Positions 9,186 to 15,787 of a stretch of 28,156 bases of DNA are shown piece after piece; position 1 is the first letter of the stretch, and every line of letters starts with the position of its first letter. This DNA comes from a virus (taxonomy: Duplodnaviria; Caudoviricetes). The translations under genes were made by a program, and so were the position numbers. Location of the stretch: positions 1-28,156 of the IMG/VR virus record IMGVR_UViG_3300032306_000101; one strand, written 5' to 3'. The notes below the pieces were generated by a model, which was not told where the DNA came from, did not search any database, and saw only the letters and a program-made list of their open reading frames with translations.

Positions 9186-9622
9186 AAGAAAAGTTTGTAA
9201 GTGCATACATGGATGTTGCTGAACGTTTTGCACAATTGAGTTCAGCACGTAGACTACATGTGGGTGCTATTGTGGTCAAGGATGACAGAATCATCAGTAT
9301 TGGTTACAATGGTATGCCTAGTGGTTGGGATAACGATTGTGAAGACAAAGTTTGGACACAAGACGGCAATTATACATTAAAAACTAAACCAGAGGTGCTT
9401 CATGCGGAAACAAATTGTATTGCAAAACTGGCTAAGTCTAACGAATCTGGTATGGGTGCTACTATGTTTATTACCCATGCTCCATGTTTGGACTGTGCCA
9501 AACTTATCTACCAAAGTGGTATTGGCAGTGTTCTATATAGGAACGCTTATAGGGATACTGGTGGCGCCACGTTTCTTGAAAAGTCAGGCGTCAAAGTCAC
9601 ACAAGTGAAAAAGGACTCCTAA
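9182..9622 (+). CDS. dCMP deaminase
   Basis: VGAIVVKD.RIISIGYNG.P, HAE, and PCLDC zinc-binding motifs. Confidence 0.92.
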   Translation: MKEKFVSAYMDVAERFAQLSSARRLHVGAIVVKDDRIISIGYNGMPSGWDNDCEDKVWTQDGNYTLKTKPEVLHAETNCIAKLAKSNESGMGATMFITHAPCLDCAKLIYQSGIGSVLYRNAYRDTGGATFLEKSGVKVTQVKKDS

Positions 9623-9632
9623 GAGTCCCTTT
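9608..9632. terminator. Probable bidirectional terminator between convergent dCMP deaminase and phoH
   Basis: aaaaa-ggactc-ctaa-gagtcc-cttt: a 6-bp stem with an A5 tract on the left (U tract for the minus strand) and ttt on the right. Confidence 0.65.
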
Positions 9633-9642
9633 CCTACATCAC

Positions 9643-10362
9643 TTATTCTCCATAAACCGCTAACACCTCCTTCACGGCATTATGGCGTTCGATGTCTTTG
9701 TTATCAAATCGAATAATATCGATATGCTCCAAATATTCCTTTTGTTCGAGTAGATTGCAAAAATCAATTAGACCATTATCGCTCAATCGGTCTGCTTGAG
9801 CTAGATCGCCTGTCACCACCATCTTAGAACCCTCTCCTAGACGGGTTAGTAGCATTTTCATTTGATTAACTGTGGCATTTTGCATTTCATCTGCAACAAT
9901 ATATGCGTTTTTAAATGTGCGGCCTCGCATATAGGCCAGTGGGCTTATTTCGATAGTGCCTTCCTCTAGCATACTTGCTATTTCTTTCTTCTGATAATAT
10001 TCGCCCAAGACATCAAATATAGGTCTTGTCCATGGAGCCATTTTTTCATTCAAGTCTCCTGGCAAAAATCCCAAATCCTCATCTACGGACACGGCGGGTC
10101 TTGTCACAACGATTCTGTCAACTTTGCCTTCCTGAAACAATTTAATACCAAACTGTACAGCTAACATGGTTTTACCCGTGCCGGCAGGGCCAATAGCAAG
10201 TACTATGCTGGTGGCTTCTTCGTATAATTTGCTGAGATAAAGTTTCTGATTAGCATTACGTGCTTGAATATTCACACGTTGCTTTTTTGCCGGAAGATAC
10301 GGCTGAAAATCAATTATGTTAACTTCTGATGTAAAACGTTTTTTCACTCGTTGTTTACTCAT
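9643..10362 (-). CDS. phoH: PhoH-family ATPase
   Basis: GPAGTGKT, VTRPAV, LGFLPG, YMRGRTF, DEMQN, LTRLGE, GDLAQ; AGGAG RBS 7 nt upstream. The only credible minus-strand gene. Confidence 0.95.
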   Translation of the reverse strand: MSKQRVKKRFTSEVNIIDFQPYLPAKKQRVNIQARNANQKLYLSKLYEEATSIVLAIGPAGTGKTMLAVQFGIKLFQEGKVDRIVVTRPAVSVDEDLGFLPGDLNEKMAPWTRPIFDVLGEYYQKKEIASMLEEGTIEISPLAYMRGRTFKNAYIVADEMQNATVNQMKMLLTRLGEGSKMVVTGDLAQADRLSDNGLIDFCNLLEQKEYLEHIDIIRFDNKDIERHNAVKEVLAVYGE

Positions 10363-10443
10363 CTAGTTGCTCCTACTCTTATAAAAAAGTAGGACTTGTA
10401 GTGACCGCCCTTGATGACTACAGAGGTCCTACACTATTATTTA
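10363..10443 (-). promoter_or_regulatory. Structured phoH 5' leader with two mutually exclusive hairpins, downstream of a GtTAAATA motif
   Basis: Stem A: 10426-10432 pairs with 10389-10395 and 10417-10422 with 10397-10402, followed by U6. Stem B: 10385-10394 pairs with 10371-10380 and covers the SD. TAAATA on the minus strand at 10438-10443. Confidence 0.55.
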
Positions 10444-10488
10444 ACAGATACACAAAATAATAAACTAACACGTTATCGTTTTAAACCA

Positions 10489-10496
10489 GCTAAATA
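10489..10496 (+). promoter_or_regulatory. Late-promoter-like GnTAAATA heading the operon that contains the lysis genes
   Basis: gcTAAATA 26 nt before ATG 10523; divergent from the phoH copy. Confidence 0.6.
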
Positions 10497-10522
10497 AGTA
10501 TAGAAGACTCTAGGACAAAACA

Positions 10523-11083
10523 ATGCATGATATTTTAGACGTTATACGTAACATACAAGATTTATACGAGAATAACAGCAGTTTAGCTGTGTTGAAGGAC
10601 TTTGAACGTGTTCTAGACGAGATGGATATGTATGTGTACGAAAACTGGGAAGACGGCGAATTGGCCTACGGACCTAAAGTAGATCGTCACTGGATCACAG
10701 CAGGATTCATGTGGCCGCAAGATAAAATGCCTAATCCTGTAGCAGGCAAACGCCTAATGGAAATTGGTTGTAAAGTATCATATCAAAAGAGTCATTTGGT
10801 AGAACCACGCAAAATCCGTACACACGAAGATGTACGCCCCGGAACAAAGAAAGGCATGCTGGATCGCAAGCCTATTTGGATTGTTGAAATTACTATGCCA
10901 AAGAAAATTGCATTTGATATCTACAAAGGTTACATGGACAAGTTGAAAAACGAAGACAAAAAGACCACAGCAAGCGAAGGTGGACCAGCAGAAGCGGCAG
11001 CACCGGCAGCACCGGCAGCTCCAGGAGGTATGCCGGCGGCACCAGCGCCAGCGGCTCCAGCGGCAGGAGGTATGCCAGCATGA
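10523..11083 (+). CDS. Hypothetical phage protein with Ala/Pro low-complexity tail
   Basis: AGGA RBS; GcTAAATA at 10489-10496; globular N-terminal ~140 aa followed by an APAAPAAPGGMP tail. Confidence 0.8.
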   Translation: MHDILDVIRNIQDLYENNSSLAVLKDFERVLDEMDMYVYENWEDGELAYGPKVDRHWITAGFMWPQDKMPNPVAGKRLMEIGCKVSYQKSHLVEPRKIRTHEDVRPGTKKGMLDRKPIWIVEITMPKKIAFDIYKGYMDKLKNEDKKTTASEGGPAEAAAPAAPAAPGGMPAAPAPAAPAAGGMPA

Positions 11084-11811
11084 ATTTAACAGAAAGTCTA
11101 CGTGCTGGCGACCTAAGAGACCTTGTTAAAAAAGTCTTTGAAATTGACAGTTTTAAAAGTAAGATAGGAAAAGACGAACAAATTTGTGTGTTGAGTTTTT
11201 CTGTTAGCCAAGAAGAACCTGCTAAAGATTTAGAAAATTTCTTTGAAATGGGTTACGATTTTATTTTAGATGCAGATGTGAGTCCAGGCGAAACTGAAGA
11301 CGGCAACTATCGTGTGTATGTTGAATTAGAAAGAACTCGTCATTTGTGTGAGCAAATTTTTGAACTTATTGAAGGAGTTGAAAAATTAACTGACATGGAA
11401 GATATGCGTTTTAGATATTTTAAAAGTTTCAAAAGTCAATCTGCCACTTTAGAAAATTTAGAATTAACTGTTCCTAAAGATAAAGAAGGCTATGTAATTT
11501 CTACAGAAAAAAATCGTCTAGATAATTTTAGTGAATTTTTTAAGAATAGCTATGCAGAAGAATTAAAACTGATAGATGAAAGTATAACATTTAAAAGAGC
11601 GTACAGCGGTCCAGTAACCTTTAATGTGCTTACTAGCGGCCCTAAACAAGAGGTGTATAACAGCATCAAAGGTCCTATTATTTTAGAAAGCAAAGACATG
11701 GCTGAAGTTATGTTTTTGACCAAAGTGATAGGAAATTATAATATTACCAAAATTGGTAATGCTTTTATATTCGAAAACACTAACTGGGCCGTTGCCCTTG
11801 AAAGGAAATAA
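11080..11811 (+). CDS. Hypothetical protein (243 aa, acidic)
   Basis: ATGA overlap, GGAGG RBS, long ORF in an operon. Confidence 0.8.
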   Translation: MNLTESLRAGDLRDLVKKVFEIDSFKSKIGKDEQICVLSFSVSQEEPAKDLENFFEMGYDFILDADVSPGETEDGNYRVYVELERTRHLCEQIFELIEGVEKLTDMEDMRFRYFKSFKSQSATLENLELTVPKDKEGYVISTEKNRLDNFSEFFKNSYAEELKLIDESITFKRAYSGPVTFNVLTSGPKQEVYNSIKGPIILESKDMAEVMFLTKVIGNYNITKIGNAFIFENTNWAVALERK

Positions 11812-11813
11812 CT

Positions 11814-12443
11814 ATGAGCGGATTTAAATTTGATTTTACACAAGCAAAATTTGAAGAAATTATTGGAAAGAATCCTAATGCAACTGACTGGTTTGAAGCA
11901 CTATGTCAACTACTTCCTGATTATGATATTGACACAGTACCACGTGTTGCGGCATTCTTGGCGCAGACAGCACACGAAAGCGGTAACTATCGTGCAATTA
12001 AAGAAAACTTAAATTACAAAGCAGAAAGTCTGTGCAAAGTGTGGCCACGCTATTTTCCAGATATGGCTACAGCTAAGGCTTATGAAAAACAACCAGAACG
12101 TATAGCCAATCGAGCATATGGTAATCGCATGGGCAATGGACCAGAAGAAAGCGGTGATGGTTGGAAATATGCTGGTAAGGGACTTATCCAACTAACTGGT
12201 AAGGACAACTATACACGTTATGCTCAAAGTTTAGAAATTAGCGTAGAAGAAGCCAGCGAGCATTTGACAACTTTTGAAGGTTGTGTACAAAGTGCCGCTT
12301 GGTTCTGGGAAGCCAACAACCTGAACCAGTGGGCAGACAAGGGCGACATCTTAACATTAACAAAACGCATCAACGGCGGAACTATTGGCTTAGATGATCG
12401 TATCAAACATTACAATCATGCATTGCACGTATTAGGCGATTAA
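11814..12443 (+). CDS. Endolysin, glycoside hydrolase family 19
   Basis: AAFLAQTAHESG, ENLNY, IANRAYGNRMGNG, G.GLIQLTGKDNY, SAAWFW, TKRINGGTIGL.DR. Confidence 0.9.
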   Translation: MSGFKFDFTQAKFEEIIGKNPNATDWFEALCQLLPDYDIDTVPRVAAFLAQTAHESGNYRAIKENLNYKAESLCKVWPRYFPDMATAKAYEKQPERIANRAYGNRMGNGPEESGDGWKYAGKGLIQLTGKDNYTRYAQSLEISVEEASEHLTTFEGCVQSAAWFWEANNLNQWADKGDILTLTKRINGGTIGLDDRIKHYNHALHVLGD

Positions 12444-12444
12444 T

Positions 12445-13065
12445 ATGTGGCAACTTGGGTGGATTTTTAGTCTTATCCCAGATAGTTTGTTTGTCTGGCT
12501 CTACTACATACTGCTAACAGCAGGTGTTGTATTTTATGTTGCTAGTAAACTGGTAAAGTGGATCCCTATGATGGGTCAATATCGACTGCCAGCGGAACTG
12601 GTTGGTGTTGTGTTGTTGGTAGTAGGTGCATATTTTTACGGCGGGCATGGTGTACAGTCTGCATGGTTGGCTCGTGTGGCAGAATTAGAAGCCAAAGTCA
12701 AGATTGCTGAAGAGAAAAGTCAGCAGGTTAACACAGTAATAGAAACTAGAGTAGTTGAAAAAATCAAAGTAGTTAAGGAAAATGTTTATGTTAACAGAGA
12801 AATTATCAAAGAAGTTGCGGGCAAGCAACTTGATGCTCAGTGTACTTTGCCTAAGTCTACTGTCAGCTTGCACGACAGCGCCAGTCGTAATGAAGTTCCC
12901 GAGCGTGCCGCCGCAACTGATGGAACCCCCAGCGGAGTTGAAGCCAGTAGGCTCCTTGACAGAGTCGTTGAAAACTACGGCGCCTGCCACGAAAACGCAG
13001 AAAAACTAAGAGCATGGCAAGAATGGTACAAAGAGCAGAAGAAAATATTCGAAAGTGTTAAATAG
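12445..13065 (+). CDS. Rz: i-spanin (Rz-like)
   Basis: N-terminal TM segments, coiled coil (ARVAELEAKVKIAEEKS), C-terminal C......LHD.A...NY..CHENAEKLRAWQ.W typical of Rz proteins; follows the endolysin. Confidence 0.75.
   Translation: MWQLGWIFSLIPDSLFVWLYYILLTAGVVFYVASKLVKWIPMMGQYRLPAELVGVVLLVVGAYFYGGHGVQSAWLARVAELEAKVKIAEEKSQQVNTVIETRVVEKIKVVKENVYVNREIIKEVAGKQLDAQCTLPKSTVSLHDSASRNEVPERAAATDGTPSGVEASRLLDRVVENYGACHENAEKLRAWQEWYKEQKKIFESVK
12788..13009 (+). CDS. Rz1: o-spanin lipoprotein (Rz1-like), fully embedded in the Rz gene in the +1 frame
   Basis: AAGGA (12775-12779) lies 8 nt before ATG 12788. Basic n-region, hydrophobic h-region, lipobox LLSA|C, Pro-rich mature part (CTTAPVVMKFPSVPPQLMEPP). 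Confidence 0.8.
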   Translation: MLTEKLSKKLRASNLMLSVLCLSLLSACTTAPVVMKFPSVPPQLMEPPAELKPVGSLTESLKTTAPATKTQKN

Positions 13066-13094
13066 TAGTGCATAATCCAAAAGGAGCGAAAACC

Positions 13095-13472
13095 ATGGAA
13101 TTGGAACAAATCAAAGAAAAGATGAGTGCTGGCGAAGCCAAGGGCGCACTGATCGAAAAGGTGACATTTGCTGTGCTACCCATCATGTTTGCCTGTGTGG
13201 TATACTTGATGAATGCGCTGAGTCATGTCAATCATCAGTTGACCATTCTCGAAAGCAAGATGCAGTTGGTGGTGACATCAGACAACAAACAAGCACCAAA
13301 CATGGGTGCTGAACTGGCTCGTGAAAAACTACGCCAAGACTTTATGCAAGCCAACACAGAAGCACTAGCAAGAAGCGGTTCAAACAAAGCTGTGCTGGAC
13401 ACACTGGTATGGCGTGTGCAAGAGTTGGAAAAGTACAAAGAGAAACAATCTAACAATGGTGGGAAGAAGTAA
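13095..13472 (+). CDS. Membrane-anchored coiled-coil protein in the lysis cassette
   Basis: Start moved to ATG 13095 on the basis of the AAGGAG RBS; one TM (VTFAVLPIMFACVVYLM); GtTAAATA at 13057-13064. Confidence 0.7.
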   Translation: MELEQIKEKMSAGEAKGALIEKVTFAVLPIMFACVVYLMNALSHVNHQLTILESKMQLVVTSDNKQAPNMGAELAREKLRQDFMQANTEALARSGSNKAVLDTLVWRVQELEKYKEKQSNNGGKK

Positions 13473-13518
13473 CTAGACTCAGGATGTTGGTTTTAATTAG
13501 AAAATAGGAGCGAAAACT

Positions 13519-14040
13519 ATGTCAGAAGCAGTTAAAAGCGAGAGTGAACAGAAAAAAGAAGATTGGATGAATTCCAAGTGGCGTCCCATGATGGGTTGGA
13601 TGTACATGGCTGTATGTTCAGCAGATTTTATGTTGTTTCCTGTGCTATGGAGTGTGATTCAAGTTATAGGTGGCGGTGAAGTTAAAACTCAATGGCAACC
13701 AATAACACTGCAAGGTGCTGGGCTGTTCCATATTGCTATGGGCGCAGTGCTAGGTTTAGCCGCATGGGGACGAACACAAGAAAAATTAGGCGGAGCCAAC
13801 AACGGTGGCATGCAACCCGTGGCACAGAGCGTCACAACAACATTTGGCCAACCACAATCAGGATTTGGCAACAACAGTGGTTTTAATTCACCGGCACCTA
13901 GCGGCTTTGGTGGCAGTCCAGGGTACGGCGCTTCAACGTCAGGGCCGTATCATACAGCACCAAGTTGGGGTACAACACCAGTAGCAACAACAGCAAGCGG
14001 CAAAAAAATTGTCCCACAAGACGATCAGCCAGTAATTTAA
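13519..14040 (+). CDS. Holin-like protein (3TM / gene-transfer-agent holin family) with Gly/Ser/Pro-rich tail
   Basis: W...WRPMMGWMY..VC..DF..FP, TM segments, MGAVLGLAAWGRTQEK; lysis-gene context. Confidence 0.7.
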   Translation: MSEAVKSESEQKKEDWMNSKWRPMMGWMYMAVCSADFMLFPVLWSVIQVIGGGEVKTQWQPITLQGAGLFHIAMGAVLGLAAWGRTQEKLGGANNGGMQPVAQSVTTTFGQPQSGFGNNSGFNSPAPSGFGGSPGYGASTSGPYHTAPSWGTTPVATTASGKKIVPQDDQPVI

Positions 14041-14052
14041 AAGGAGCGGGAC

Positions 14053-14175
14053 ATGTTAGATACATTATTTTGGGTAGCACTAGGCGCATTTGTAGGTTGG
14101 AATTTTCCACAGCCATTTTGGGCAAAGATTATTCAAGAAAAAATTCAAGCTATGTTGGCTAAGAAAGGAGCATAA
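14053..14175 (+). CDS. 40-aa membrane peptide, absent from the supplied ORF track
   Basis: AAGGAG RBS at 14041-14046; MLDTLFWVALGAFVGWNFPQPFWAKIIQEKIQAMLAKKGA*; exactly fills the gap, ending 1 nt before the next ATG. Confidence 0.75.
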   Translation: MLDTLFWVALGAFVGWNFPQPFWAKIIQEKIQAMLAKKGA

Positions 14176-14176
14176 T

Positions 14177-14392
14177 ATGAAATTATTATTTGCATTATTG
14201 ACAAGTTTGGCATTAGTTAGTACAGCTTATGCAGGTGGCGAAATGAAAGAAGTTTGCACACCAAAAGTGGACAAAGCAGGCAAGCCAGTGAATGATAAGA
14301 AGACTGGAAAGCAAGCTGAAGATTGTAAAAAAATCAAAGTTCACAAGAAAGTAGAAGGCGAAAAGGTTCCAGAGCCTGCTAAGAAAAAGTAA
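14177..14392 (+). CDS. Small secreted Lys-rich protein with two cysteines
   Basis: AAGGAG RBS; Sec signal peptide MKLLFALLTSLALVSTAYA|G. Confidence 0.75.
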   Translation: MKLLFALLTSLALVSTAYAGGEMKEVCTPKVDKAGKPVNDKKTGKQAEDCKKIKVHKKVEGEKVPEPAKKK

Positions 14393-14400
14393 TCAGACTC

Positions 14401-14429
14401 TTGACAGGCTCCATTTAAAATAGTATAAT
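14401..14429 (+). promoter_or_regulatory. Perfect-consensus sigma70 promoter for the dnaJ-def-clpA operon
   Basis: TTGACA (14401-14406), 17-nt spacer, TATAAT (14424-14429). Confidence 0.85.
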
Positions 14430-14454
14430 TAATACTATTAATGGAGCCTTTTTT
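14406..14454 (+). terminator. Long hairpin plus T tract ending the lysis cassette and overlapping the promoter
   Basis: aggctccatt (14406-15) pairs with aatggagcct (14440-49); aatagtat (14419-26) pairs with atactatt (14432-39); then TTTTT. Confidence 0.7.
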
Positions 14455-14460
14455 ACGACT

Positions 14461-15315
14461 ATGACTGATTATTACCAAACACTAGGTGTTAGCGAAAACG
14501 CTGGACCCGATGAAATTAAAAAAGCATACCGAAGCTTGGCTAATAAACACCACCCAGACAAAGGTGGTGACCAAGCCAAATTCAAAAATATTAGTGTTGC
14601 TTATGAAAACCTAAGCGATCCACAAAAGAAAGCTGAATACGACCAGCAACGACAATTTGGTAGTGGTCCTCAGTTTAATGCTGGCGGAGCAGGATTTGAT
14701 CCGTTTGGTCACATGTTTGGTCAAGGGTTTGGAGGACAGCATCCATTTGCTGATATCTTTGGACATAGACCCGGTATGCGCAGAAACAGAGACCTCAACA
14801 TACAATGTCAAGTTTCTTTGTTAGATTCATATCTTGGAAAACAATTAGAAGCCAGCTATCGATTACCCAGCGGAAGAAATCAGAATGTAGTTATTAATGT
14901 TCCTCCAGGTATCAGTCACGGTGAGACTATAAGATATGCCGGTCTTGGCGATGATTCAGTGCAAGGTGCTCCAAGAGGAAATCTAAATGTTACTGTAATT
15001 GTGTTACCCGATCCTAAATTTACCAGACACGGTGATGACATATACACCACAATAAGTATCAATCCCATTGAAGCTATAATTGGTTGCAGAAAAACTATTC
15101 AAACAATTACAGGACAAGCAATGGATTTAGAAATCCGAGGCGGTGTAGAGTCTGGAGTTGAATTTGCAAGTCACGGAACTGGCTTTCCAAATGTAAATAC
15201 TGGGATAAAGGGAAGATTTGTTTCGGTAATTAATATTAAAACTCCGGTAATAACCGATCCACTCTTAATAGCAGAACTTCAAAGAATTAATGATGCAATT
15301 AGTAAAACATCCTGA
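14461..15315 (+). CDS. dnaJ: DnaJ/CbpA-type co-chaperone (class B, no Zn finger)
   Basis: J-domain DYYQTLGV...IKKAYR.LA...HPD, G/F-rich linker, C-terminal DnaJ_C; no CxxCxGxG repeats. Confidence 0.92.
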   Translation: MTDYYQTLGVSENAGPDEIKKAYRSLANKHHPDKGGDQAKFKNISVAYENLSDPQKKAEYDQQRQFGSGPQFNAGGAGFDPFGHMFGQGFGGQHPFADIFGHRPGMRRNRDLNIQCQVSLLDSYLGKQLEASYRLPSGRNQNVVINVPPGISHGETIRYAGLGDDSVQGAPRGNLNVTVIVLPDPKFTRHGDDIYTTISINPIEAIIGCRKTIQTITGQAMDLEIRGGVESGVEFASHGTGFPNVNTGIKGRFVSVINIKTPVITDPLLIAELQRINDAISKTS

Positions 15316-15787
15316 TGCAATTCTTAAACAACCAGCGGAACCGTGGGACTTTAAAAATCATATTAATGCGGCTGTTGTAGAACGTGAGATGTTGGAATTA
15401 ATGAAATTAAATAATGGCATTGGCCTTGCAGGAAATCAAGTTGGTGTATTGCGTAGAGTATTTGTAATGCGCACACAAGATGGTAGAGAGTTTGGATGTT
15501 TTAATCCCACTATACTTGTGGGTGATAACAATTTAATAGAAGATGATGAAGGTTGTTTGAGCTTTCCTAATCTTTGGCTTAAAGTTAAAAGACATAATAA
15601 AATTACTGCCATGTATCTTGACAACACAGGAAAACGCTGTATAATAGAACTTGAAGGCATCGACTCTAGATGTTTCCAACATGAGTTAGATCATTTAGAC
15701 GGTGTATGCTTTACAGACAATTTGAGTCCTCTCAAACTATCCTTAGCATTAAAGAAATCACAAAAAAAGAGGAAAAATAATGGTTGA
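15290..15787 (+). CDS. def: Peptide deformylase
   Basis: GIGLAGNQVG, EGCLS and QHELDH motifs; basic C-terminal helix. Confidence 0.95.
   Translation: MMQLVKHPDAILKQPAEPWDFKNHINAAVVEREMLELMKLNNGIGLAGNQVGVLRRVFVMRTQDGREFGCFNPTILVGDNNLIEDDEGCLSFPNLWLKVKRHNKITAMYLDNTGKRCIIELEGIDSRCFQHELDHLDGVCFTDNLSPLKLSLALKKSQKKRKNNG
15618..15645 (+). promoter_or_regulatory. Possible internal sigma70 promoter inside def, upstream of clpA
   Basis: TTGACA (15618-15623), 16-nt spacer, TATAAT (15640-15645). Confidence 0.55.

Noticed and set aside
10389-10432. Hammerhead ribozyme or tRNA in the phoH intergenic region
   Set aside because: The ttgatga is not accompanied by a correct CUGAnGA/GAAA core or three-stem junction, and there is no cloverleaf or T-loop. 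No tRNA was recognised anywhere in the window.
12788-13065. Programmed frameshift fusing the lipoprotein to the Rz C-terminus
   Set aside because: Both frames look complete as a normal embedded Rz/Rz1 pair, and no convincing slippery site was seen.
14406-14449. CIRCE heat-shock operator upstream of dnaJ
   Set aside because: The inverted repeat does not match TTAGCACTC-N9-GAGTGCTAA.
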